Positions 12,350 through 37,727 of a stretch of 64,000 nt of DNA are shown here, piece after piece (positions within the stretch are counted from its first letter, which is position 1; every line of letters begins with the position of its first letter). The stretch is from NCBI GenBank assembly GCA_040954595.2, contig CM082597.2, forward strand, positions 3,688,014-3,752,013, given 5' to 3'. Below the pieces are notes generated by a model that saw only the letters and a program-made list of their open reading frames with translations, searched no databases and was not told the DNA's origin. Position numbers and translations under genes: made by a program. This DNA is from Balanoglossus misakiensis (Eukaryota; Animalia; Hemichordata).

Positions 12350-14436
12350 ATGACCGATGTTCATGATGACCGCGAGTTGCATTACGATCCGAAGCGGACG
12401 TACATGTGGCTCTTCGGGTGGTGCGTGTCGCTCATCGCCGCCGCCATGTACATCTACAGCACCGCGACAGCTCACTGGTACCAAGTTGTCGACGACGAGG
12501 ATTCTCACGGAGGTCTGTTCTATATGTGTGAATCAGACGGGGACGTGGTTCGCTGTGAAGAAATCAAACTAGTTGGAGTCAAAGGTAAAAAAAAACTTTG
12601 CTGAAACGTCGTCTTTTCTTAAAAGTAAACACGCCTTGTTTCATTTGGACACAATCACTGTGTTTTCGTTATCTGCCGGGGTGTCAATATGTACCACTCA
12701 TGGTTGTACTAAGTCAATACATGAGTTACATAGAATTATCACCGATTTAATTTATTGAATTTTGGACTTGGTATCGCACGCCCCATTAAAATAATTGCTG
12801 TAAATAAGTTACCGAGGACACAAAGTGACGGAGAAGCTCATGGCGTTGAGCTGGGAGTCTGGAACATGGAAGTCTTATTCCTGATGTGCGGGAAGCAATT
12901 TTTCCTAAAACAGGGACTATAGTATTCCTTCTAGTCTCTACGCAAAATATGTCAACATTATATTGTAGCCTGGAGGTTTACACGAACTTTACATGTGTGC
13001 TTACTCATGTTCTGTTTAAAATTAACGTGTTTAGCTGTAGTTATCAATCGACCAATCGGGACAGTGAGGGTTCGGGCGAGTGATAACAGACCATGGTTGA
13101 GTGTTCACTAGGTCACGGACTGATATGATCTCAGTGGCCTTGTGCATCATTCGTTTGTGAGTCAGGCAGTCTGCGAGATCAGACCAAGTGTCAGAATAAA
13201 CAGAAACCATAAACCATAAACCACACCACACCACACACAAATAACGCCTTTCGGAACGGAAGCTTGCATAGTGTATAAGACGCAGAATACGGGCAGTAAA
13301 TTAACACTGTCACATCAGATTTAAGTGGTACATGTACATCACCAAACTAAGCCCATATTTTGCACCGCATTCGGACAAGTTCAAGTCCATCAGAGTGTTG
13401 ATGCATGTAAAGATCAGGTGCTATTTGACAGTGGAAGCTTCTGAAAAATCAACATATAAAAATACTGTTATTGATGGTAAGTAAAAGTGACGACACATTG
13501 CGCTGTGGAAGTTAAGTGCATCTATTACAATGTATATGAAAACTTCTCAGCAAAGTACCGCTTCATACACGCTTGGTGCCACTGCAGAACCACACTCTAC
13601 ACATATATATCACAGTTGGTAAAAATATATATATATTTTTCCTTTCTACCACAGCATACATGCATTTCGCCCGTGCTTTCATGATCTGTTCTTGTCTCCT
13701 GGTATGCTATACTGCGTGGGCACTACTTGTCTCTCACGTTGTGAAGGACCTCGCCAACAAATTGAGGACCGCCGGAATACTAATCATGTCGACTGGTGGG
13801 TAATTTTGAAGAACAGTACTTGTATATACATGTACTATTTTATGTGTCTGTTGTATTCACCCTAAGAGTGTATATACATGTAGTGCATATTTTGAGGGTT
13901 AGAATAAGCCAATCAAGCGACGCACAATATTTTGGCCAAAGATGACCTCATTTATATTATTACACAGGTGATATACTATTACGTTGTTTAAATTTGAGAC
14001 TTTGAATATTAAGCCAATCAGACGACGCTCGACATATTTTGACCAATCACAGCCACAGTATATAAAGGTGTAATGTAAAGTTTATTCATGGAACCAACAG
14101 TACGTTTGGCCGTCGAAAGGGACATTGTCAACCAAACCCTTGATTTGCATAGACTAGACAAGATCGAAAAACACATTTCCATGAATTTATTTTCTCGTTT
14201 TATTTCTTGCAGTCGTGGTGGTGCTGGTTGCAACTCTGCTGTATATGCCGCTGATGGCGAAAGAAATGGAAAAGCGGGACTTGAAAATAAAACCGGGCCA
14301 TAGCGTTATTCTTGCGTGGATAGGGATACCCGTAGCGCTGCTTGGTGGCGCCCTGCTAGTTGTGGAGTACTATCTTCTACGCCGTCGCTTTGGCAACGGT
14401 TACGAAAAGCTGAAGACGCCAGACCTGGAGCTTTAA
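12350..14436 (+). CDS. Claudin/PMP22-like protein B (exons 12350-12584, 13655-13795, 14213-14436)
   Basis: W..GLFYMC..C loop, 'ARAFMICSC', 'GHSVILAW' TM4 motif; same 3-exon phase-1 structure as paralogs. Confidence 0.85.
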
Positions 14437-15135
14437 GAAGCCTATGCATGTCTATACAATTTATCAGTTTTCTTTTTACAAACAGTGATTTCTTTCGTAC
14501 GGACATTTTTTCATTGAAGAAAAGAAACATTCGAAAGTAAACGATTTAGCCATAAAAATGACGTGTGTGTACTTTCTATCCGAGTGTGGTGTTGAGTGTA
14601 GTGAATGAGAGTGAACAAACCACTTGGCCGGACCGAGGGCGCACTCTATCCCACTCTTCGGTCTACATTTTGCTGTTTGCGCTGCGATTCCAAAATCGTT
14701 GAGTTGGGCCTTTTTATCTCATGGATTGAAATACAGTGAATCAAGAAGACCTAAAATGCACCTCTAATCACTAGTTTGTCCGCTTTGTGTTGGAAACAAA
14801 AATCGCCCGAGTTATGCATGGCCAAATGGGTTTTCCTGAATAACCGAATCCAAAGCTGGCACGTGTAGAAGTCGTTCAGCGTGCGTATTCATGTACTCCC
14901 TGACTGGGCGATTTGGTGGCGTAGATTGTGGGCCACTGAATATTCCACTTGACACTCACATTGACGCTGTGGCCCTGAGCATGCGTACTGCAACCCTTTG
15001 CCTGCATACCAGTGTACACACGCCTTTCCCAAAACCCGACACACCCCAGGCATAGCCGTGTTGCACATTGGGAAAAAAAGTACACATGATTCCCGCGGCG
15101 TCGGTCGGCTGACCTGAGGCATACCTTGGTAGGGA

Positions 15136-18100
15136 ATGGAATATATCCCCGTGCTCGGTTTACTGTCGATGTTCCTTTCCTTCGTCTTATACACCATCAG
15201 CACGACCACCACCGGATGGCTGAAGGTGGGATCGACGGACGCTCGAATTGAGTATGGGCTCTGGAAAGTATGCGTCACCGACATTGGGGACATGTTCGTG
15301 CGGTCGTGTGCACCCATAGCAACCGACGGACTGACAGGTGAGCGCTCAACGAATACCACGCACCCCCACGCAAAACTACCTGTTGGTTTTAAACAAGACG
15401 CAATTAATGTTGTGATATGACTGACAAAGTTGAGGATCGTGGCCAACTGGCTCACAATGAACGGGACACAATGACCTGTTATACAAGCAGGGCTTCACAA
15501 TAAAACGGAATGTTCTCGAATGTCGTTATCCACGCGTGGAGTGACCGTGCAGTATCACAAAAAAAATCGAGGACAAAGTCGTTTATTTTTAAACCAGTGC
15601 AATGGTCCGGTTAGTTCAAGTGGCCTCCTCAATTTCCATATTTTCTATGGTGCAGGATGAACCCCCTTTCGAATTATACTAGTACTTCATTTCTTCAAAT
15701 GAAAAGTGGAAAGAAAATTGCATACACAAGAATGACTGTGTTGGGATCTTCATGAAAACAATGGGCGCCTGTCCTGAATTGGACAATGTCAAGAACATCA
15801 TAAGAACACGCGAACGAAACATCAAGTGACCTCGGTGGTTATTCGCGGCCCCCACATTGTACCCCCATGACGTCACAAGGAAACCTTGCAATGTAAACAG
15901 GTCTAATGACTTCTGCATCGATTACGTAAGTCAGGAAAACTGTGTGTACACGCGTACGCCTTACAGCTGTCGACCGATATGGCCACCCTTTCTTCGCTGC
16001 AAAGTGGTCGTCGCACTCACTGTACACTCGCAACGCGATTTTACTGCTTTATGACTTGACCCGGCTCGTTTATGGTGGTATAATTATGAAAAATTTATTC
16101 TCTGTTGTATTCGCACACCTAACCGCACAAGGTGCAACGCATTCAGTAAAGGGTCAAAGTTCATTCAGGTTAGTGTACTGGTGATTCAAGGTGGCCATGC
16201 CAAGGTTATTATACACATGTATAAACAATGTTGCATAATAACCGAACGAACAGTCAGTAATCCGACCATATCAAAATTTGCATCATTGTCAACCTTAGAT
16301 ATGTAGTTCTCCACTGTTAATTTATTACCTGGTCGATATCTGATCACGATACCACTTGTGGAGTGACCGTGGCCATACAAATCCCACGAGCGGGGTGTAA
16401 CCATTTTGTTTTTATGAAGAGGGGGAAAACATGGTTATGTTCACAGCCACGTGTATTCATCAACACCTTTTGTACAAATGGTTTACATGTATATTGTAAC
16501 GGAAATTATGTCCGACTGAGGTCCCAAAATTGTCAAGCCTTAGTGAATGAGGAACCTTGAACCAAACCGCCAACTCAACGGTAGCGTAAACGTCACGGTA
16601 GCACGATCGAGCCTTGACGGCGTAGACCGGTCCGTTACAAGTCCTGGTGCACGGCAGAACGTGCGCTAAGAGATGTGCTGAAAAGACCGACCGACCGACC
16701 TGAGCGTTGCGCTCACACAAATACCAAGAAAAACCTAGGAATTCCGATCCGTAGACAACTAAAACTCTCAGAGGTTACAGACAAAGTGTTCCCACAAACG
16801 TGGAGAAAGGTTTGAACGAGAATATAAGAAAGATAGAGGTAAAGTACGAATTCAGATCACCACAACCGAGAGCACGATGCTCACAGTTCAACCGCCATGT
16901 CTCGTCTGCCGTGGATGTCGAGGGGAGTCACTATACAAGCAACAAGCCCACGTGATACAAGCTCCGCCCCCAATAGTGGAAAATAGTTTCTCCTGCTATA
17001 GGGTAGCCCAGTCTGAGAATCAGGAAAAAGTCACATTTCTTGAGATATGAATGTGTGCGGCGGTGACCTAGTATATAGCCTGCAACGTGGCTTCAAAAAT
17101 AACATGGAGCTATTGTGATCAGTTTGCTTTTATGACATCAGAATATCAACGAGGGATACCTTTGTGACAGAGTCCCTCAGCAAATTACTATTTTTGTCCC
17201 TATCATCGTGTCTGTTTTTCTCTCTCTCTCTACCAGCGCAAACGAAAGTAGTTTAAAATTAGCTGTGTAAAATAAAACATACAAACAAGACTATTTTAAA
17301 CGGGTTCATATATACCCAATTAACTCTGTTGGAAGCCTATGCAACAGTCTCAAACCACGATAAAAATCGGAAAATATTGTTATCCTATGATTATAGCGCA
17401 TTTCTCTGAACACAGGTCCGCCTTAATTAAAATATTTGAATGAAAAGCAAATATTTGAAAATAGCCAAAATTTACAGATAGTGAACCTTTGAACACTGAT
17501 AACGTATTCTCTTTGCTTTGCTTTGCAGCGTGTGTGTATGCAGCCCGAGTGTGTATGGTGACAGCAACTGTGTTCAGTGGCGTCGCTGTGGTTTCAGTGA
17601 CCCTTGTTTATAACAAATCCTTCCGAATTAAACAGACGTGTTTACGATGGCTCCCTATATTGGTGTGTTTTGGAAGTAGGTGAACGTTGTCAATAAATCT
17701 GTTTGCAATGGACTTATGCTAACGACAGTATGATTGTAGTAGCCAAAGAAATATATTACTGACAAAGTGAAATTTGACTCAAACAGAACAATTCCTAATT
17801 GGAGTGAATAAGTCACGAGCATGGGCTACACTAACCGCATTATATGTAAATGTATAACATATTAGTAACTCGCTTCACTAGTCACGGACAGTTAACGTCA
17901 TTTACCACCACTAAACTATGCATATCTATTTTCACAGGTCTATCAGCGCTGGTGGGAGTCACGTGGTATGGCATAGAAGCGCCTTCCTACATCATCGTCG
18001 CCAATGGATACGAGGGCGCGGAGTTTGGATTTTCGTTCATTCTAGCGTGCCTGTCAATACCCTTGTCAGCCGTCGGAGCATGCGTACTATGCAATATCTT

Positions 18101-18173
18101 CAGGGAGAAATCTGAACACGACCACAAGAACGTTTACCTGTGTTGTTTAGACCCACCGATCGACGATGTTTGA
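15136..18173 (+). CDS. Claudin/PMP22-like protein C (exons 15136-15337, 17529-17675, 17938-18173)
   Basis: W..YGLWKVC..C, 'ARVCMV', 'FGFSFILA'; C-terminus IDDV is a possible PDZ ligand. Confidence 0.85.
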
Positions 18174-19672
18174 CAATGGACAAATTCAGCTTATTTTATT
18201 TATAATAAAGTATTTAAATTTAATAAAGACTAACTTTGTATGTGAAAGTACTGTACCATATTTTACGTCATACTGGGTTTATGGGGAATTGCAGACGGGT
18301 ATTTTCCCAGCGGTCTGTCTGTCTAATTTGAGATCTCGTTTACGACGTCCAGTCTGATACAGGTTAGTAAGGAACGTGATGTTGTCCACCTGTCCGTGCA
18401 TGATATGTTGTCGACATGATAATGATTAAACAAAATTAAATTCTGCTTAAAACAACCCATTAACGTTGATTTTATCACAATTTAATTCAAAGTCGATTAT
18501 GTAACGATGTATTTCATTAGCAACCTTAACCTAAACAATGAATTAAATAAATAGATCACATGGTAATCGACCTTTTACGCCGCTAGGGACCTGGACGTTT
18601 AGCAATCAATTACCAAGGTTCGTTAGAAGCCTTCACTAATTAATGGCTGTAATCTTCAGGGTGTTCAATAATGTATATCTTGCAACTGTTTTTAATGACG
18701 TTCTATAGTAATGGCCGAGATGATATTTAATTAAGAAAATGAATTTAAAAGGAAAATTAATTTAGACGAGAGAGAGAGAGAACTCCCGAATACTCCCACC
18801 ATTTTTGTTGAATACGAATATTGTGTTCATATGTTTTAACACAAACATGGGTGTGAAGTTGTGGTTTTCATAAAAGTTCCTCTTGTGGCACAGTGCTGGT
18901 TTAATGGCCGAAATATTTCAGATGGTGTCCAATGAACATCCTGTCCACCACCCCCCCCCCTTACTCGCCACAACCCAGAGTAAGCAGGCAATTTGAAAGT
19001 GCTCAGAAAACAGGGTATTGTTAAAATGACACAGTTCAAGCGTATCGATATCAATTAACTGCGTTTTGATGGATTACTCAATTAGCTATCCTATTGGCCG
19101 ATATGAACCAGCGTATTTTCAAATTATTCAAATTGACCATGACACAGCTAATCGCTTAAAGCGCAAATAAACACACCACATTTACGAAAACAAGTTTCAG
19201 TACGTGCTAAAACCAACAAAACTGTGGGAAGTTACGTGTAATAGATAACTGACTTTATAGACCGCGAAACGTGGAGAACTAGTTTACTTTATAAATAAGG
19301 ATACGTTACACGCTACAGTTTCAGAGATATGTGAGTATTATTTATGAATTTCTCTCGAAATTATGAATATTCTCTCCTTTCATCCGATATTTATGAATAA
19401 CAATATTGTTATTCCTTTTACTAAAAGTCATATTGGTTGAACGCATATTCCGTTCATTTTACAGTTCTGTGTTGACAAATAAACACAAAAGAACTAGGCA
19501 ACAAGCACAATCTTTTTTATATATACATACAAAAAATGTAAAGATGAGCTGTCGTTAGACTGATAAAACTGCATGTATTCTTGATTTTTAAAGTGTCGTA
19601 AATTTCACAGAGTGTTCGATATGATGACGGTGTATAATCAGTGTCCGTGCTATTTTAGCCACCAGCTGCTCT

Positions 19673-29686
<10,014 letters not shown>

Positions 29687-30542
29687 GTGGCCACGATTTT
29701 TTTATTTGTAATAGACAGTTCCAAAGTTCTCTCGTTTAGACAATGGATAGACCAGGTGTTGATATTCAACGTCCGGAATGAAATGATGTCGACATCACCT
29801 CTTTAGTACAGTTGATGATTACACTTCAGATAAGATTGCATGTTAGTGGCATACCGTGGTCACACGATTGCTGGAATCAATGCCGATTCGCGGAAAAATT
29901 ATAATTTCTTAGAATCAATTGACGTCAATGCCGCTGCCCTGGTCCAAGAAGAGTTTGACTCCAAGAAGCCATGAATATTCACAATGTGAATACGTGATGA
30001 GTTATCTGTCAAAACTGTGCACGTGCTTGGTATATTTATTAGCTGCATGGGACATTAAGGGTGTCCAACTACAGTGAAACATGAGAGACAACTTGAGTGA
30101 ATGAATCATTATTAATCAATAATAAAAAATAATACCCTTTTTTCCTTGGGTTTCTTTGCACCGGGTATTTTTAGTGTGATGGTAAACGTTACACTGTTGG
30201 CAATTTTGACATACAGCAGAAGAACACGCATACACAAACAAACAATCGATGGATCAGCTGATTGATAGATCGGATGCATGGGGTGGATTAAAAAACAGGG
30301 CATGAATGGACCCTCTACTGGCAGGTAATGATCGATTACCCCACCCTCGTAAATCTTCGGCGCCCCCGTCATAGGAACGTATATAAAGGGGAGATAACGG
30401 TGCCATGTGACACTTCTTCAACGTCATACACCCAACAAAACAGCCTGCTTACCCAAACAAGCAGCACTCTGCCAAAGCCATCATCGAGAGAGGGGTTCCT
30501 TCATTTTACATTTTAACGGTTGCGTTTGGACGATACAGCAAC

Positions 30543-32615
30543 ATGGCAATATTTGAACCCACAGTTAGCCTCATCCTTTCAGCCGTCGCCACAGGAATTT
30601 ACATAACATGCACGGTCACTAATTACTGGATAATTATTGATACCCCGGATGAGTACATACATTATGGCCTGTGGCGGTACTGCGTGGATACAAATGAAAC
30701 AAGTGTGTGCGACAGCTTAAATGAGGATCAGGTGAAGGGTAAGTATTATCGAAAGTTATATTGACCATATACTAGTATATCTATTCGACAACTGGCGACC
30801 ACAAAGTTTAAACGGGCTCCAGTTACTTAGTTTTAGTGTCACACGCTCAACATAATAATACACATTTTTCGCAATTTTACTAGCCTAGTCTAGTCTAGCC
30901 ATACAGTTCATTGGTTATATTTTGGTAAGAGTAACATGTATACTGCAAACAAGAGGCGCTATATCCGGTTCCGGCATTAGATTTGAATTGAACTTCTAGG
31001 ATTTTTTGTTAACACTTGGGTTTTGTTTACACTTCGTGTGCAACTGAGGCAACCCGGCAAAAGGAACCCAGCCCCGGTGGCAAAGCTAAACTTGCATCCC
31101 ACTTCAAAACTTTGGAACACTGGTTCTAATTTAATAATGATAGCGGAGTCTGGCCACCGACCACTCCGTACCTTGAAACGACCCATTTACCGATATTTGG
31201 AAGTTCATTGGGAACATATAATGTAAACATGATTATCTGTGGCTTTGATTTTGGTGTACTATTCTTTGACCACATAAATATCAACAGTCACCTTGAGATT
31301 TGTTCTCGCATATAATTAAAATATGCATTGCCAATACACAGTGACACACCCAAATCCATAACATGTAGTGTAATGACCGAAAGAGGAAGAAAAGCTAAAT
31401 AGGTGCGTCGGTCAATGTTTCAACTGACGAGGTGGGGTTAATTAGGTTGACCTAAATATACTATGGCGTTGTTTTGCAAACCTCTTGTTCTACGTGTATG
31501 TAAGCATGCAAGTAGGTAAATAGGCAAAGTGAGTGAGTGAGTGAGTGAGTGAGTGAGTGAGTGAGTGAGTGAGTGAGTGAGTGAGTGAGTGAGTAAAAAG
31601 TAAGTACATTGTACAAGTACACCGTTTTCATTACACCAATACACACCCAGCCTTAGTGTTCAGAATGATTTGAAAATTTGACACAGATACTTTTCAAAGT
31701 TAGGATAATGTTATCATTAAACCTGCAAACGTGGATATCAACTTTGTAGCCTGTTTGCAAAATTTTATTCCTTGCTCTTGTTTTGTTTTGTTTTGTTTTA
31801 TCTAGGCTATGTTAGTAGTGCCCGGTTGCTCATGATAATTTGCTGTATCACATCCTTAGCCACCTGGTCGATAGCATTGATAGCTGTGATCAGAAAGTGT
31901 ACCAAGGCATTGTGGCTGGAATGGGCACGGAAATTCGGGACAACATTCAAGGTAGTGAACGGGATCGTATTCATCTTGGCAGGTGAGAGGATTCTTCCGT
32001 TGGTATAAGATAGATGACAACCCAGATGCAGTGCATGGTTATCATATTCCATAGCCCTTACAAGTAGAATATTTGAGTAAACGGCGTTACAATTATGTCA
32101 TTTCCCTGAAGTTTTCACAAAAGGTGCCAAAAAGGAGGATTATTAAATGTATAAAAACACTATGTCACCGTACATGAGTTTGTGGTAAACCTAGTCAGAA
32201 TTTTTTTTAAACCTCCTTTATGTTTGTATTTAAAATTCATTGATAAACAGTATATATCGACAATCAGGAAATGACAATATACTAAATTTTGAATAGACCA
32301 CTACCATAAGAGAAACTAATAAGTCAACTTGCAATTTATAAAATCCATTCTAATGCCTTGCCACGTCCCAAAGAAATGCGTGTATAACAATTATTTTACC
32401 AGTATCTTTTTTCTTCAGTTTTGACAGCTCTTGCAGGCATAGTTCTGTATGCTGCTGGAATGAAAAACGATTTTGAATACATTGACACCGAATATTCCTT
32501 TGGATACTCGCTTATCTTTGGTTGGCTGGGCATACCACTGGGCATCATGGGCGGTGTACTCCTGATTTTGTTCATCCGCAGGACGAAAGAAAAAGATCCG
32601 GACATATTATTCTGA
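30543..32615 (+). CDS. Claudin/PMP22-like protein D (exons 30543-30738, 31806-31982, 32419-32615)
   Basis: YW..HYGLWRYC..C, 'ARLLMIICC', 'FGYSLIFGW'; same exon structure as A-C. Confidence 0.88.
31528..31594. repeat. (GAGT)n microsatellite
   Basis: Visible tandem repeat. Confidence 0.95.
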
Positions 32616-33337
32616 CATTGTATTTGCAATAATACAAAAAAAACGTTGGATTTTCAAAAAATGATAATCTTGGAACAAAAACAGGTAAAACCGTATTTAA
32701 GTATTGAAGTTCATAAAACATGCGTTAGTATGTTTTACAAACAGCCATCAAGGGACCTTCTCTTTCAAGTTGTAATAAGGAAAACAACTGTTGCTATGTT
32801 AAGTGGCTGGACATATGTAGACGAGGAGAGGCGTGTCATTGGTAATACAGTGGTAATTTCTAGACATGTCTAGACTTTGAAAGAGGTTGGCACTGACCGT
32901 AAACATTGCTGATTACCATTGCAGATAGTCACACGAACAGTGAAGCCAAATGAAATGGCTGAGATCGAACTTTGTGGATTTTCCGATGGTTTTTGATATT
33001 GGCATCATCAATTGAGTCTTTTACAAACGTATCAAGATTTTGCGTAAATTCTCAACGCCTGTTACAATACACGTTTCTTTTCCATGAAAGCTGATGCAAA
33101 GTTTGCAAAGAAAAATCTTGGCATTACTATCTCAATATCATATTTTGTTCATTGTGGATATTTCTGTACAACATTGCCAATTTATAAAATGCAATAAAGA
33201 TTTTTGTTCATTTCAGTAAAGGTGAATGTTTAATCGAATCACATGAATTCTCACAGCTTATAATCTAAAGTAGAAAGCTTAATAAGTCTTGGTACCAAAC
33301 CACTCGGTTTCGGATGTCAGACATTAAAGAAAAAAAA

Positions 33338-36300
33338 TTAGGATAAATTGCATCCAACTGTTTCATCCCAGTTGTCAAGACAGTCGTTTATACCGTCACA
33401 AAGTCTATGGTTTAACTTGCACATGCCATTCGGACATTTGAAGGTATATGCCCAGCATTCTGAAAGGGAAGGAAAAAAAAACAACGCACATGTGAAAAGG
33501 CACGTCATTTTATGTGGTGAATTAAGCGTTAATTAATTGTGGTGAAGGAAAATCCAATATGAGAGCAAACAGTAGGCTTACCACAGCCAAGTTCATCACT
33601 CATGTCATCACAGTCGACTTTACCTTCACACATAACTACACCGTATTTATACTTCTGAATGACAAATGATTGACCATCGTCACAGGTGTGGTAGTCTGTA
33701 TAAAGACGAGGAAACAAACGACAGCAATGTTAAGAATAGCACATGTGTGATCTCATATGTGAAGAATGAATCAGGTTCAGCGTGTGTCCACCTGGACCAA
33801 CTCAACCACAATAAATCGAGGGCAGATCACCGCACATTTTGTGACTTTCACTTTAAGTGGAAGTATTGATAGACTAACAACAACTATAATATCATTAGGT
33901 TACCCTCTCTTTCATGAACTTGATGCGTTGTTTGTTACCAGCTACTTCGATGTGTTTTACAGCGATTACAACCGCATGTTTTTTTTATTAATTTGTACAA
34001 CGATGTGCACACAATGTACAATTCCTACCACAGCCCACTTCATCCGAGTTGTCATGACAATCGTCAACGCCATTACATTGCTTGAATTTTTCCAGGCAGA
34101 CGCCATTGTTGCAAAGAAACCTGAAGTCTTCCGTTTTGCAATCTGCAAATTATCAAAAAAAAGTGTTTGTATTCCATTGCACTAAACAATATATTAATCA
34201 AATGATAACATCAGTCCAATGCAGTAAACAACAACAACAACGACGACGACGACGTCAACAACAACAACAACAACAATGAAAACTCAAGTTAATTTAGTCA
34301 ACTTTACCGCCACAAGATATCTCGTCACTTAGGTCCGAACATTCAACTATTCTGTTACACTCTGCGTCGAAAGAAGGCACTTCTTCACCGTTACTGCACA
34401 CAAATGGACCTAAAATGAAGTTCTTCGAATCAAATGTACAAATATATTGACTGTGTTTTGAGAAAGTAAAATGAGAAAATAACAATTCTTGGCGCGGAGT
34501 GAGTCTAAGCTTAAAAATCAAACGATGTTTCCGGTAATAAAGTCATCTACGGATATGGAAGGGTTAGAGTGAGTCTATACAAACCACAATCATCCTCATC
34601 TGAACCGTCGGCACAATCTTTTCTGCCATCACAGCGTCTCAGCATGTTATAACACATACCGTTTTGGCACTTTTTCTCCCATTGCCTACAAGCTGAATTT
34701 TTAATTACTTCAGTCTTAGCTGATCATATTTGCAGGAAATAGTGAGTATTTCTTGAATATTCCATGACGTTCTGTACAATGATTTACTATACTTCACAGC
34801 TTTGCATTTACACCAATTTGGTTTACTGCAGTCTACAATATCATCTTGCTTATACATGTAAAACGTTCTCGATTATAATAGTAATCTTAATTTAGTGCAA
34901 AATCTGCTGAAGTAAAATGATCTTCTGAATCTTCTAAGTTTATAGTAGTGGTTTTATGTATGTCAACCTGAGCAATATTCATTTCACTGTGTTAGTATTT
35001 TAATATTCCGGATGGTGAAGACAATTGTACACATACATTTGAGTGATGTAGTATAGTGTTGCCCAAATTGAGAGAAATTGGACTATTTACTCACGACAGT
35101 CTCTCTCATCACTTCCATCGTTGCAGTCTAAACGGCGATTGCAAACAGAATCTTTTGGGGCAAGCTGCCCGTCGTCACAATTAAAATATTCGGGGATTTC
35201 TGTTGCTAAAATAAACAACACACGAGGGAGTTAAACCATTTTGCTTAATAGTTTGGACAAGTTGTCTGTCGGTTGTAATATACCTATTGGATATAGAAAT
35301 AATTTGGACACAGAGTTGCACAGAAGTAGTGTACTGACCATCGGATTATTTTTGATCAACATAAAAATAAACAATTCTATGCTATTCTCCTTCAAGGCGA
35401 AATGAATAGCCACATTTTGAAGTTCCTTCTGCGCAGCTCAAACCGTTTACGTTGTAAAAGGAACTATGGATGATGGCAAATTAAAGATACAATTGCAAAC
35501 TAGAGATATAATTATGTCACTGAATGAAGGGTGAAATAGTTACGGCAGTTCATTTCGTCGCTCCAATCAGAACAGTCCGGGTCACCGTCACAAACCCACC
35601 ATTTTCCAACGCATCTGCCATTTCCACAGGTGAACTGGTAGTCTTTGCATGCTGAGAGAGATACACATAACCGCTTCTGTCAGCTTTGAATTAGACGTGT
35701 GTTTCGCCACCAACCAAGTCTAAGTAATGTATACGCATGCCAACCTGAAAGGATTCATAATAAGGAAAAAGTCATTGGCCTACCGCACATCTCAGCGTCT
35801 TCATCTGAGCCATCTGAACAATCATTGTCGCCATTACAAGTATACCATTTGCTGATGCACGACCCATCTCCGCACTCAAAGTAGTTCATATGGCAATCTG
35901 TAATGTGCAAATACGTACACATATTTTCTCTGGGGTTATCAACATTCTCCTCCTCCTTCTGCCCCCCTCCTCCTCATCATCATCATCATTTCCCATCATC
36001 TTACGTCCTATATGGCCCAAGGGAAAAGAAAAGATTTTGCAGTTACCACTTACTGCACACTTTCTCGTCACTGCCGTCCGGGCAACTTTCTATCCCGTCG
36101 CAAAGACCATATCGCGGGACACATAAACCGTTGCTACACTCGTGATTTGGCGCTACACAAGCTGAAAAAACAAACAAAGTAACAGCATTGTTATAGTCAA
36201 CATTTCAACTGGTTACTTAATTGATTCACATACTAGCACGACAGCAATAAATGAACTCGCCATGTTAATTAAGTTATGTCACTTTCATGCCATCTGAACT

Positions 36301-37695
36301 GATGCTGTGGGTCAATAATTGAATAGAAGAGGATTTACTTACGGCAGTTCATTTCATCACTTTCATCCGAGCAATCAAAGTAACTGTTGCAGTACTCATA
36401 GATATGGATGCACCGTCCATTGCTGCATCTAGTCATTCGTTCATTACCACAGTGAGATGCACCCTCCCCTACAATGGGCACAAACGTACGTCATTAAAGA
36501 TAGAATCAAGAAGAAAACACCCATATCAATCAGACGAAACCAAAATGTCAAACTTAGCCACCAATGATGCTGAGATATGAATTCAAACACATTTTATGCA
36601 AACAAATGATTTGCATTTTTATATAGGCAACACATCACACATTAAACTTTATATGCCATTACTAAGGGAGAGTGACATTTGCAAACAAAATCTACGCATA
36701 CAGGAAATATGAAAAGGGATATACACTTGGATTTGCTGTTGTATGTCATCTGCGTGAAAACACTACTGTGTGCAATATGAACACGGAATGGGAATAAATA
36801 TCCATTAATCTGAACATTAGTCTGAAATCGTATAATTGGTGCTTACCGCAATCGATCTCGTCTGAGTTATCGCCACAATCATCAATACCATTGCAAAAGG
36901 CACTGCTTGGTATCAACACACTATTTTGGCAACTGCGCAGATCTGCAATTATGATGCACTACTGTGCTTATTATTAAGTTGTACATAGAAACAAAGATAC
37001 ACAGAAAAATACATACATACATACATACATACATACATTCATACATACATACATACATACATACATACATACATACATACATACATACATACATACATAC
37101 ATACATACATACATACATACATACATACATACATACATACATACATACATACATACATACATACATACATACATACATACATACATGCATACATGCATAC
37201 ATACATGCCATTATTGTGACACTTACCGCATGTTTCGTCAGACTCATCGCTACCATCTGCACAGTCTATATAACCAGAGCAAACTTTCCTTGTAGTAATA
37301 CATTTTGAACCATCTTTACACATAAATTGGCCTTCTCTGTCACACGCTGTAAAATACCACAACAATGTCACAAAAGGGATTTTTTTTTTAAAAATCATGG
37401 CCGAAATTTGTCCGATTTTATACATGATAAATTGCATACCACGGCACCGAATATGGACCGATTTTACAAATAAGTAAAATCTCAGTCTGGGTTTTTGTAC
37501 TGGTTGAAAAAGGGCATGAAGGCAACATGATAATTAATTAAACATTTACTATGCTTGACTTACGACAATCTTCTTCATCACTACCATCGACGCAGTTATT
37601 TTGCAAATCACAAACTTCCCATTTACCGATGGAGTCCTCACCATGGTATGTTTTGCAGAAGAAGCGATCTGTGACAATTCATCATAATGATTCAA

Positions 37696-37727
<32 letters not shown>

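Noticed and set aside
14889-15455. 188-aa minus-strand ORF
   Set aside because: Antisense to exon 1 of claudin-like C, with no domain features.
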